Below are positions 36,100 through 45,108 of a stretch of DNA of 64,000 bases, one piece after another; position 1 is the stretch's first letter; each line of letters opens with the position of its first letter. The stretch lies in NCBI GenBank assembly GCA_963829655.1, contig CAWHJG010000002.1, forward strand, positions 5,616,917 through 5,680,916, read 5' to 3'. The DNA comes from Pirellulales bacterium. Its GTDB lineage: Bacteria; Planctomycetota; Planctomycetia; Pirellulales; JALHPA01. A program made the translations under genes and the position numbers. Under the pieces are notes generated by a model. That model was not told the DNA's origin. It did not search any database and was given only the letters and a program-made list of their open reading frames with translations.

Positions 36100-37408
36100 G
36101 CGACGTGTATCACAATCCGATACGGTCACGTGCGCAGAAGCTGCTGCGGCCGCCACTTTGCGCTTGTTTTGTGGTGATACTGGGCCGCCGGATCGGGTCC
36201 GAACTTGATGTGGACGCCAATCTCGTATTAAATACGCCCGCCTATCCCGAGAGCGACCTTCTGCGCTTGCGAATGACACCAGGCCGAGTCGGAGTTTGGT
36301 ACCGTCGTATCACACCAAATCTGGGCGAGCAGCTGATGGCGTCGGTACCGCTCGAGTTTAGTTCTCTAAAGAACCGAAGGTTCCAGAGCCGGACCTCGCG
36401 AAAGAGACTCAATCTAACAGTCCAAGTTCTTTGAGCCGTACATTGCTCTCTCTTCGTTTGACGCACTGCGAGAAACACTTCTCAGCTTCTTTGGCATCAA
36501 GTTTCAAGGAGTGCAGCGCGCACAACAATCCCAAGCGAAAGTATCCTCGAATTCCGTCCGGGTTGGCTCGGCCCGACTCAAGCAGCCATTTCTCTCCAGT
36601 CTCGACGTCATCAGAGGCAATGGCGGTTTCCGCCAAGCCTAGAATGTCAGTCTCTCGTTGAACGAGCAGGTTGGCATCCTTGCGACTCAACCAGACTGAG
36701 CCGATACGGACGAATTCAAGCTTCGCTGCCAGTTCCCATCGGCCGAGCGATTTAAGAGCCTGTTTACGTTCTTCATCATCCGTCGTGGACGCTTCAATGA
36801 AATCTTGGTAGAGAGCAAGCGCACCCTTTGCCGTGCGCTTCGTTCGGCGGCTGCGGCAAGTGCGGATGCGCGTAACCGGCATTTGCCGTGATACAGACAA
36901 TGTCGGCTTGCTTGAGAGGAGTGTTTTAAGGAAGGCGTTGTCCGCCTCACTAAGGACGGCGGTGGGCACTTCGATGATCCGCGCATCGTCTCGACGACGT
37001 AAACGGACTAAACTTTCCGTCGAGTCAACAAATTCAGCAACGACTTCGAATTTACCGGTACGATCTTTCCAAATACGAAGCTCGCCGCTCAAGCTGGACC
37101 CGGTACGAAGAAAGACAAGAAGAAAGCCGCTTAAGATCAACAGCGAAGCGCGGGAATCACACATCTGACCGGCCCCCAAAATGACAGGTGTACTATCGGC
37201 CTGTCTCGGTTCTGTTCGCCACTGTAGCCAATCAACAGATGAATAAGCAAGGGTTGTCCCGCTCCACGGACGCGCCCCTGTTGGTCGCAGCGAGGAGTTG
37301 CCGGACTTAGGATGCGGTTCTTCGAACGCTGGCTGGCCCGACGCGAGATCCAAACGCAATCCAGCCGGCGCAGCACAGTGAGCGGGAGGATCAACTGGCC
37401 GTATTGAG
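36100..37408. repeat. Segmental duplication, copy B (deletion derivative)
   Basis: It matches 12231-12583 plus 13933-14901, with the junction at 36439/36440. It also has a ~11-nt difference in the non-coding part and two compensating indels at ~36839 and ~36871. Confidence 0.9.
36409..37164 (-). CDS. SHD1-domain protein, in-frame deletion derivative of 12553..14657
   Basis: It has the same N-terminus (MCDSRASLL...) and SHD1 domain. At ...CFSQCVKRRESNV it is fused directly to RLKELGLLD*, which are the last residues of the protease gene of copy A. Confidence 0.6.
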   Translation of the reverse strand: MCDSRASLLILSGFLLVFLRTGSSLSGELRIWKDRTGKFEVVAEFVDSTESLVRLRRRDDARIIEVPTAVLSEADNAFLKTLLSSKPTLSVSRQMPVTRIRTCRSRRTKRTAKGALALYQDFIEASTTDDEERKQALKSLGRWELAAKLEFVRIGSVWLSRKDANLLVQRETDILGLAETAIASDDVETGEKWLLESGRANPDGIRGYFRLGLLCALHSLKLDAKEAEKCFSQCVKRRESNVRLKELGLLD

Positions 37409-37664
37409 TACATGAGGAACGAGGACTACGAGAAGGTCATCAACACATTGAACGGCTCCATCCCAAAGGAAGTGGACTGCGACCACTGGGCACCACACCG
37501 AACGCATCATCCGTCTCGAAGACCATGTATTTGGTCCGGGTCATTGAGAGCCGCCACTCCCCTATCGCACCCAAGTGATTGACTGAGGAGTCCTCTGCGG
37601 ATGCTACTGCCGCATCAGAACGTCGCAAAATATCTGTTTTGCGAACAAGCAGCGATATCGCCAA

Positions 37665-38225
37665 TTAGAATGGCAGCCATTTAGGTACGACGATCGCACG
37701 ATGTCCTTCGCGGTCGCTGCGCTTTAACGGCAGGGCAAATATGCGGGCATCCAAAGGTACACGTTGCGCAACATAACAATGCATTCTTGGAAAAGAATAC
37801 TGTGGTTGCCAGTGTTGGACCTGCGGTCCAGTAGGGCAACATGGTATGGGATAAAGAATCTTCTGCTGATATATCTTTGCCTCTGGTAGAACTACGTCAA
37901 TCTGTTGATTCGTGAGGCCAAGGACGTTATTGAGAGTGACGCTCTCGCGACCGGGAGCGCGGTAACGTAGAGCAACACTAACGATGCGGAGCCGTCGCAA
38001 TAGCGTATCATCAATTATTAGCGTATAAGTAGAACCCTTTATAGAGGCTGGCCCAGCCAGAATGATCCCTTGGTCACTTATCGCAAAGACCTCCAACTGG
38101 GAGATGTTTGGGATCGTCTTGCTTTCAAGGGTTACCGCCGTTCCCTCAACTGTTACGGCACTTTCCGCGTTGGGTGACGCTAGCAATGCAAGCGCAACCA
38201 AGACCAGTCGACACGGGAGTTGCAT
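37665..38225 (-). CDS. Hypothetical secreted protein
   Basis: The start MQLPCRLVLVALALLASPNAESA is signal-peptide-like. 186 aa. I prefer this to the listed start at 38294. Confidence 0.5.
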   Translation of the reverse strand: MQLPCRLVLVALALLASPNAESAVTVEGTAVTLESKTIPNISQLEVFAISDQGIILAGPASIKGSTYTLIIDDTLLRRLRIVSVALRYRAPGRESVTLNNVLGLTNQQIDVVLPEAKIYQQKILYPIPCCPTGPQVQHWQPQYSFPRMHCYVAQRVPLDARIFALPLKRSDREGHRAIVVPKWLPF

Positions 38226-38235
38226 TGTCACATCC

Positions 38236-39387
38236 TCAGTTCTTGTGGATTTCGATTCCAAAACCACTCTCCGTCCGTGGTAACGGCATTCCATCTCGGC
38301 TTTCTATTCGCAGAATCATCAGCAACTCGTCTCCGACCTTGGGTTCTACCTCCAAGACGTTTGAGTTAGTTGGGCTGTCCTTGACGATTCGAAAACGCTG
38401 CTGCCGATAAATGGGCCTGTAATCGCCCGGATCAGCGTTGGAGACTAAGAACGCACACCCATTCAGTAACCTAAACTGAGTGTCGTCGCTAAATTGCACG
38501 GAAGCAGCGAATGGCGTATGGTCGTTTTGGAACCGCCGCCTAGACCGGACCACGATAAGTTGGTTTTTCATTGCCAACTCAACGAGGTGTGACCTCGCGT
38601 TGTCAATATGTTCTCGGCCTATCGCATCGGCTACTTCTGGCGGAAAGGAGTTGAATCTTTCCGGTCCAGCTCCTTTGTTTATCCATTCCTTCCACACGTC
38701 CATTCCATAGTTTGTAACGACATATTGGCTCGCCCCGGTGGGGATTGTGCCCTGAGCGAGAACCTTTGAGGCAAAAAACTTGTCCGTTCTGATCAAATCA
38801 TCTTCGAAGGGAATTGGCGCGATCGCAGCTTGCGTACCACCAAATGACATGCCAATTAACAGATCCGCTGATACCCAAACCATTACGACACTAAGTAGTA
38901 TCAAAAGGAAAATGCCGAAGGCGTTCTTGGCCCTTGCAGGAAAATCCACCTTAGTGACGACTAGGACGGCCACGCCAAGGATGACGATTGCGATTACCAT
39001 CCTGAATGCTCGCTCGTCACTGACACCGGCTTGGTCCTTTACAGCAATGATGAGAATGATGAAGAGCACTATCGCTAGGAAGGGCGCAAAAGGATTCTTG
39101 TTGACCCAGCGCCATACGGTACTGAGCCAAGACCAGAGGGTACCGGCGGAAATGCTCACGAAGGTGATCATCTTGTTAAGTAGGGCAGACACTCTTGGAG
39201 ACCATGGCTGTTGTGACTTCCATTCCATGTGGGCACACTGACGGAACGACCGGTATTTTACGGGAGTCAGACGCATGTAACCAGCGGTCAAGTCTTGCGA
39301 ATCTTCGGCACTTGCAATGCCGGTATCGCCACCGCACGTAAACCGATGCCATCTGTAACGGCTAGGCAGCCCGCTCCACGTATGCAA
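38236..39387 (-). CDS. Hypothetical multi-pass membrane protein
   Basis: There are several hydrophobic segments (FAPFLAIVLFIILIIAV, MVIAIVILGVAVLVV, FGIFLLILLSVVMVWV). The true start is probably internal (MEWKSQQPW at ~39228). Confidence 0.5.
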   Translation of the reverse strand: MHTWSGLPSRYRWHRFTCGGDTGIASAEDSQDLTAGYMRLTPVKYRSFRQCAHMEWKSQQPWSPRVSALLNKMITFVSISAGTLWSWLSTVWRWVNKNPFAPFLAIVLFIILIIAVKDQAGVSDERAFRMVIAIVILGVAVLVVTKVDFPARAKNAFGIFLLILLSVVMVWVSADLLIGMSFGGTQAAIAPIPFEDDLIRTDKFFASKVLAQGTIPTGASQYVVTNYGMDVWKEWINKGAGPERFNSFPPEVADAIGREHIDNARSHLVELAMKNQLIVVRSRRRFQNDHTPFAASVQFSDDTQFRLLNGCAFLVSNADPGDYRPIYRQQRFRIVKDSPTNSNVLEVEPKVGDELLMILRIESRDGMPLPRTESGFGIEIHKN

Positions 39388-40185
39388 GACAATCCTGAAG
39401 ACGGGTAGAATAGGATAGGCATACGCCCCGACCCTCGAATTCCTCTTGGGGAAAAGTGATGGCCCATAACGTCCTTTATGGGCCTACATTGAAAGGCAAC
39501 GCTGCTGCTGTGCAGCAAGGGCATTTCAGGACCGCGCCGGATTCTGCATCGCGCTGAGGCTCGCTACGGCAAACAAGCCGCGGATTGCCTTCTCACAAAG
39601 CCGGTCGGTTGTCTTTAGGAAATGCCGGTTCGCAATAGCGGGTGAATTGGCCATCCACCGCGATGGAAGAGGCACTGCACGTTCAGTTTATGGCTCATGA
39701 CGGCGACTCCCCTACCTCAACCCCAGCAGATCACTCAACAGGTTTTTTTCAGATGGATTGTGAGCAGAACGTCGTAACATCTCGTTTGCGAACGATCAAT
39801 TAGCGCTAAGACTGTCGCCACATCAAGATGCGGGTACAAGACCCAGATGCGAGCATCTCAATTTCGTTAGCACCGCCGGTGACATACAGCTGTCACTGCT
39901 TCTCACGACGTCGGCTTCGGAGCCCGCTATCCCAGGGTTGCCATCCAGGTCGATTAAATAGGTAACAGGCATTGAATCACCGACATCAGTAGCCCGATTG
40001 TCATCGGCAAGGCAAGAATCCGCTTGATCCCGGTCGACAAATCGAGGATTCTGTGAACCGAGAGATTCAATGGGCTCGTAAAGCAATGTATAGTCCACGG
40101 CGCGCGTTGTTCACGCACTCTGATAAAATCAATCAACTAATCGACACAGTGTAAACACTATATTCCACTACGCAGGAGCTTCGCA

Positions 40186-41055
40186 ATGCAACGAACCAGA
40201 ACCAAGAAGCATCCGAAGGTTGAGTTAGCGCGAGCCAATCCGTTTGAGCCACGGAAAGTGGAACAGGCGGGTCGCGCGAGGGAGTCCCACGTCCACGTCT
40301 ATGGACCTCGTGCTGTCTGCGATACCGATAAACGAGGTCATAAAACGCCCAGAGGTCGAACGCCGCTTGAGATCGTGGTCGATGCGTCGGAGGGCTTTAT
40401 TCCATTATGGACAAATGATATGACCCTGCGATGGCGATTCCGAGAAAGTTCTATGAGTTTCTTCGAGAACCCAGCGGCAGCTAAGACGGAAATTAAGAAC
40501 TTGTTGGGTGATGCCCTCTTAGCTTGGAGCGATGCAACGCCCATCCGGTTCACTCAACAAGATGATGCATGGGACTTCGAAATCGTGATGAGAAGGGCCG
40601 ATGACTGTGACATCAACGGATGCGTGTTGGCAAGTGCCTTTTTTCCCGATGCTGGCCGTCACAAATTAGTGTTGTACCCCCGGATGTTTGACCAGAGCAG
40701 ACAAGAGCAGGTGGAGACGCTCATCCATGAAATCGGCCACGTCTTCGGACTTCGACATTTTTTCGCCAACCTCAGCGAGACCGCGTGGCCGAGCCAAGTG
40801 TTCGGAACGCACAATCCATTCAGCATCATGAACTATGGCAGTCAAAGTGTTCTAACGGATGACGACAAGGCCGACCTGAAACGGCTATATCGGTTGGCGT
40901 GGAGCGGTGAGCTGACGAGTATTAATGGAACGCCGATTCGATTGGTGAAGCCATTCCATACAATCGCTGATACCCCAGAGAATATGGTTGCTGTCGGGCA
41001 GTTCCAACCTGTATTCCAACCGCAGTCGAGCGCCAGATTCACCTACGGGAGATAA
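40186..41055 (+). CDS. Metzincin (M10/matrixin-like) zinc metallopeptidase without an obvious signal peptide
   Basis: It has the HEIGHVFGLRH (HExxHxxGxxH) motif and a downstream Met-turn candidate SIMNY. 289 aa. Confidence 0.75.
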   Translation: MQRTRTKKHPKVELARANPFEPRKVEQAGRARESHVHVYGPRAVCDTDKRGHKTPRGRTPLEIVVDASEGFIPLWTNDMTLRWRFRESSMSFFENPAAAKTEIKNLLGDALLAWSDATPIRFTQQDDAWDFEIVMRRADDCDINGCVLASAFFPDAGRHKLVLYPRMFDQSRQEQVETLIHEIGHVFGLRHFFANLSETAWPSQVFGTHNPFSIMNYGSQSVLTDDDKADLKRLYRLAWSGELTSINGTPIRLVKPFHTIADTPENMVAVGQFQPVFQPQSSARFTYGR

Positions 41056-41157
41056 GTTGTTACGGGGCGTCATAGTCTATTGAGCGGAAGAATCAGCGTT
41101 TGTCGGGTCCAAGCATCTTTTCTTGGCTGGCGATTTCGGCCCTAACTTGGGCTGCGC

Positions 41158-42714
41158 CTAATCCGCTACGGTAAACTCGCAGTAGAGCTTGTTCATTGTC
41201 GAATTCGCCTGGAACGCCTGCCAATCAGTCCCAGAGAGTATTTGCGGGGCCGGTTTCTCTACCTCCCGGTCCATCACAAATACTCGTCCCTTGGCCTTCT
41301 TCAACAATGCCTTGTAGATTTCTTTGAGTGGATGCCGCCAGGGTGGCTCGTTGGCTGTCAAAGCCCACTGCTCGTTTGCTGGTATCATGGCAATGAACTC
41401 ATCTGCAAACTGACCTTGGGCCATCTCTTCCAACCCGCGTCGGTTGAGTGTTGCGTTGTGACTCCCATGATGCCCGACCTTATAGAACACGGTCCGGCTG
41501 AGCAGGTCCGTGACGGTTAATTCGTCACCGGTACCTAGCCCGTTCTTGGAAGTCCACTTCCCCTCATGCCACGATATCCAATTCCCCCGTTGGGCGTCGC
41601 CAACGAAAAGGAGCACTTTTCTTGTCCGACGCAGTTCGATCGCAAGCACAAGTGAGGTGTTGTTGACGAAGTTGCTCATCCGTAGCGCGAACTGCTCGCT
41701 CGACCGCAGCCAATCCCCATCGATTCGCCGCCAGTTGTTGTTCTGCCGAGCGGCGCGTCGCGTGCCAAGCCCGTAAAACTCGTCAAAGAACGCACTGTGT
41801 TCGTGGTTCGGCGCTTCCGCTACCGGGATCCGGAAGCGGGGCTCAATCGGGTGGTGCGCTTCCTGCTCGGTCGGACTGGCTACTACGGCCGCCAGGAAAG
41901 ACCGCTCCTCGGCGGCCGCGAAATGAAACCCCTCCTGATCACGAGGGTCCATGTCCTTTAGCTGAGCTTCATTCTCCGGGGGGCCAAGCACGAAGAACCG
42001 GACACCTGAGATGTTTGGTAGCGTAAGTGGTTTGGTGTGAGGGCGAAGGTAGTCTGTCCCACCCCGCTTATCCGCTTGGCGCTTCGCGACCAGAATTCCT
42101 TCTTTATTGGTCCGCCCCTTGATCTTGTCCGGGTCCTTAGCGGCAAGCCAACGGTCCTCGTCAGACAACTCAAAGCCGAGCAAGTTATCCACGATTCGTT
42201 GTGCCCGAGAGTCCGACCGGTCGCGGGCCTGCAGTCCATTGAACTTGTCAACGGCTGCTGCCAACCCCAGCAGCACGTCCTTGTATTTTGCCCGTAACTG
42301 GTTGGCTAGCTCGTTTTCTGGATCCTCTGTCCAAGCGAGCCACAATTTGTCGACTTCCAAATTGCTGAAAACCTCCTTCTCAGACAAGAATCCGGACACA
42401 TGGTCTTCGTGCTCGTGAGTCACCACCACCAAGTTGAGATGACCCGCAGTCGCATCCCGGATGTTTAAGGCCACTTCGTTGATGGTGCATTCTAGTGCGG
42501 AGCCCTTCTTCATCCCGCAATCGATCAGCATGTAGAACGGCGAATCGTCGTCTTGGCGGAACGCGAGCAGGAAACAGTCACCGTGACCCTGCCGATACAT
42601 TCGAATCTTTACACCGGAGGCGGGCGCAGACATTACCTTCGACGTATCTGCCGGGTCTGCGGAAGACTCGGATTGCCGACGACGACGGCGTAGCGGACCC
42701 TTTCTTTTCGCCAT
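41158..42714 (-). CDS. Metallo-beta-lactamase-fold protein
   Basis: QGHGDCFLL...MLIDCG...VVVTHEHEDHVSGF contains the HxHxDH motif. I prefer the start at MAKRKGPLRRRRR (42714), because the listed start at 42855 overlaps the upstream gene. Confidence 0.75.
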   Translation of the reverse strand: MAKRKGPLRRRRRQSESSADPADTSKVMSAPASGVKIRMYRQGHGDCFLLAFRQDDDSPFYMLIDCGMKKGSALECTINEVALNIRDATAGHLNLVVVTHEHEDHVSGFLSEKEVFSNLEVDKLWLAWTEDPENELANQLRAKYKDVLLGLAAAVDKFNGLQARDRSDSRAQRIVDNLLGFELSDEDRWLAAKDPDKIKGRTNKEGILVAKRQADKRGGTDYLRPHTKPLTLPNISGVRFFVLGPPENEAQLKDMDPRDQEGFHFAAAEERSFLAAVVASPTEQEAHHPIEPRFRIPVAEAPNHEHSAFFDEFYGLGTRRAARQNNNWRRIDGDWLRSSEQFALRMSNFVNNTSLVLAIELRRTRKVLLFVGDAQRGNWISWHEGKWTSKNGLGTGDELTVTDLLSRTVFYKVGHHGSHNATLNRRGLEEMAQGQFADEFIAMIPANEQWALTANEPPWRHPLKEIYKALLKKAKGRVFVMDREVEKPAPQILSGTDWQAFQANSTMNKLYCEFTVAD

Positions 42715-42778
42715 GAGAGTGCCTGTCTGCCTTATGGTCGTGGAAGCTAAACCTTCGAGATGTAACGTTTGTCTCGAA

Positions 42779-44759
42779 TCAGAATTCCTGGATGGCGGAC
42801 TGCCATCGATGCAGCGCGGCGAAATGCTCATCGTCCAAGTCGCCGCCGCGGACATGGCCGTAAAATGGGTTGCCGGCCACGCTGGCTTGACCCGTAAGAA
42901 AGCGCCGCACCCGATCGAGTTCTTGTTCGTCGATTACGCTCCCACGTGTCGAGATCGCGTATCGGACTTCTTGTTTGACGGGATCGATGATGAGAGTGCA
43001 CCCGCGGCGGAAACGAAAGTCCCGCTTGAACTCAGTGTGATTTTTCTTTCCCGTGTCGACCGCCTTTTGGAGATCGCGGTCGAAGTATCCTCGGCGCCGT
43101 TGGCGTACCTCAACGACAAGGTCTGTGACCAGCATGTCGCGGAATCCCCGACGGCGCGCAACCCGCACTGAGTGGACCTCGATCGTAGGCGTCCCGTCCT
43201 TTCCTCGGTACACTGACTTTTTTCCCTTCGCGTCCAGGGTCAACCCCAACGCCGGCAACTGGTCCTTCATTGCTGAGCTGTGCAACCAATCATGGATGAT
43301 GCCCGCGTTCCTGGTCATCATCGTCCATACCTTATCCCGATCCGTACCGAGATCCCAGTCCAGCGAAAGCCGGGTAAACATGTTCTTCGTATGCGCTTGG
43401 TCATAAAGTGCGCGGGTGTTTCCCTCGGAAGCGCGCGGGTCATCCGGATGCGGATACCGAAGTTCGCTCTCTGACATCCCGCGTACTCGGTCCGGGTAAA
43501 TACCCCACTGCCGAAATGCTTCGATGAATGCCACCCGGTAGGGGTACTTTTCCTGCGGCCACACCGCAGTATCAGCGGTAATCACCGCTCGTAGGTAGGT
43601 TCCAAAATCCACATCCACCGGCGGGCAGTAGTCGAGCCCGCGGATGCACATGGTCAGTACCGCGTCGGCCGCGGCTGCTGCCTCCGCGCTAATCGTCGGA
43701 CAAGGTCCGGATGGATCGCCCCTTCGCCGAGCACTCCCGTCCCGTTTGTAGCAATCCGAAACAAGTCGGCACTGCGCATCTTATAGATCGCGAGAAAGGC
43801 AGAAAACACCGCGGCAAGCAGGATGGCCCCCCGCTCGTGCGGCTCGCTTGCAGTGGCGAGTTTCTTGGGGTCTGGACTATGCGGCTCCCAGCGCCGTTCT
43901 TGACTTCACCGATCGCGGAACGCAGAGCCTTGCGCATTCCCAGGGCTTGGCCAATCTGCTGCGCCAGTTCGCCAAGCATATTTTGACGGTCGAGATTACC
44001 GCGGGTCCGAGCGATTTGGTGTTCCAGAATCTCCGGATGGGCAAACCGTTGAAACAGAGCAACTATGTCGGCAAAACCCTCGTGCAAGGCGTGAACGTCG
44101 GCGTTGGTCGGCTCGTTAAATGATGGGTGCAAGCCATCCAGCAAAGCGTGCGTTGTCTCATGCGCGACGATATCGTACGACAAGCAAGTAAACACCGTTC
44201 CGCCAGGAGTTTGCCCAGGTCCTTCTCCCCTCGACGAGAAGTAGCCAAACAGCAGCGCTTTCTTTTTTGGACTATAGTATGCATTTGCTTCCCGCAGCGC
44301 GTGTGGATAGATCCGCAGCCGCGGGACATACTCTTCCCCGACGACGTGGTCCTTGTCGTCGCGAATAATGCGACTAGCCCAACAGGCTACCCGCCCCAAA
44401 GCTCGCTCGAAGTGGTTGATCGTGTTCATGGCCACTGCGTAAACCATTTGCTGGTGGAATTGCGGACCACCTTCGGACGGGGAAAGTCCATTCTGTGCTA
44501 AGACGTAAGGGTCGTTCAGATCAACGGGACTGTAGAACGCTCCGCTCGCCGGGTCATAGTCGACTACCTCCAGATACTCTCCAACGGGGCCGACCCTTAA
44601 GTTGTTCTCCCACAGCAAGTTGAGGGTCAGCTCGCTGATGGATAGGGTGTCAATCTGAGCTCGCACTCCCGGATCGAAGGCGAAGACCCGAAGGCGACGC
44701 TGCGCTGGCTTTTGGGCGGTCGAGCGTGATGCTGCCGGACTGCTCATATTCACTTCCAA
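42779..44759 (-). CDS. Thermolysin-like (gluzincin) metallopeptidase with one frame break
   Basis: The active-site context is IVAHETTHALLDG...VHALHEGFADIVALF (HExxH plus a downstream Glu). ORFs 43689..44759 and 42779..43651 form one reading unit, joined at ~43890 (…SAIGEVKNG / WEPHSPDPKKLATASEPHERGAILLAAVF…). Confidence 0.7.
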
Positions 44760-45108
44760 GAGAATTGGTTACCGAGGAACATGGGCGAAACGCAACATTT
44801 CGATGTGATCGAAGGTGTCTACGATTTGGGTACGACGATGGCGAGGCGGTATTTCAGGCTCTCGTATTACCTCTTCCTAATACTGTTTGCGTGTCGCGAG
44901 CCTCCGTTGTGAGGCCCCACTCTTAACTAGGAGCGTTGAATCATTCTGGCAAAGAATTCGAAAACCTTACGGCTATGTCGTTTATTGCAATCGGGGGCTA
45001 TAGCTCCTAGCGCCCGATACAGAATTATGGTGGCGATTAGGCCTTCAGCACCTCAAGATGAAATCGATGCAGTGTTACGGTCCTGAAATCGCAAAGTGGC
45101 GGAATCAC

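Noticed and set aside
42715-42855. The listed start of the MBL-fold ORF at 42855, which adds 47 residues.
   Set aside because: The extension overlaps the 3' end of the upstream zincin gene (stop at 42779) and is not protein-like (MSAAATWTMSISPRCIDGSPPSRNSDSRQT...). The internal ATG at 42714 (MAKRKGPL) gives a 64-nt intergenic gap.
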